Assembly (NCBI RefSeq): GCF_011386835.1
Contig: NC_088795.1
Location: 114,328,001-114,392,000 of the forward strand
Direction of reading: 5' to 3'
DNA from: Chrysemys picta bellii
Taxonomy: Eukaryota
DNA: 64,000 bases
A program made the position numbers and the translations under genes. This document shows, in pieces, positions 63,890-64,000 of this stretch. Numbering within the stretch: position 1 is the stretch's first letter; each line of letters starts with the position of its first letter. The notes under the pieces are model-generated. The model was not told the origin of the DNA, made no database searches, and was given only the letters and a program-made list of their open reading frames with translations.

Positions 63890-64000
63890 CCCCTTAGATT
63901 GTAAACTTTTTGGGATGGAAACTATCTATTTCTCTATGTGTGTACAGCACTAAGCAGATGGGGTCATGATATAATTTGGGGCTTCCAGATGCTACCAAAT
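63890..64000 (+). mobile_element. L2/MIR-type 3' tail remnant
   Basis: tagattgtaaactttttgggatggaaac...gtacagcactaagcagatggggtc. Confidence 0.55.

Noticed and set aside
1-64000. CRISPR arrays, operons, rRNA, tooth-gene pseudogenes
   Set aside because: No regularly spaced direct repeats and no rRNA-like sequence; the candidate exons do not resemble enamel or dentine proteins as I recall them

Overview
Vertebrate genomic DNA, AT-rich and repeat-dense. The repeat set (tRNA-Lys/CR1-tailed polIII SINE, CR1 LINEs, Penelope-like elements, DIRS, hAT/Harbinger/Tc2 MITEs, MIR/L2 remnants) is most consistent with a turtle genome; that assignment is an inference. The window reads as mostly intronic. A chain of small plus-strand exons with canonical AG/GT sites (2200-2226, 4175-4194, 4469-4545, 16637-16688, 22345-22431, possibly 24047-24153 and 40532-40557) splices into one stop-free frame, but I cannot name the gene. 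Apart from the retroelement-derived ORFs (Penelope EN, CR1 RT, DIRS YR and other decayed CR1/L2 pieces), the six-frame ORFs look spurious. Three observations stand out. (1) Penelope-derived fold-back mini-elements carry minimal hammerhead ribozyme motifs; one has an intact core inside a perfect 44-bp hairpin with a 12-bp flanking duplication (48968-49140). (2) A miniature LTR retroelement (39676-40026) has tRNA-like pol III boxes in its LTRs and an extended tRNA-Pro primer-binding site. (3) The unassigned micro-exon chain includes two adjacent exons that are open in two frames. There is a 140-N assembly gap at 633-772. No rRNA, genuine tRNA gene or CRISPR array was seen.
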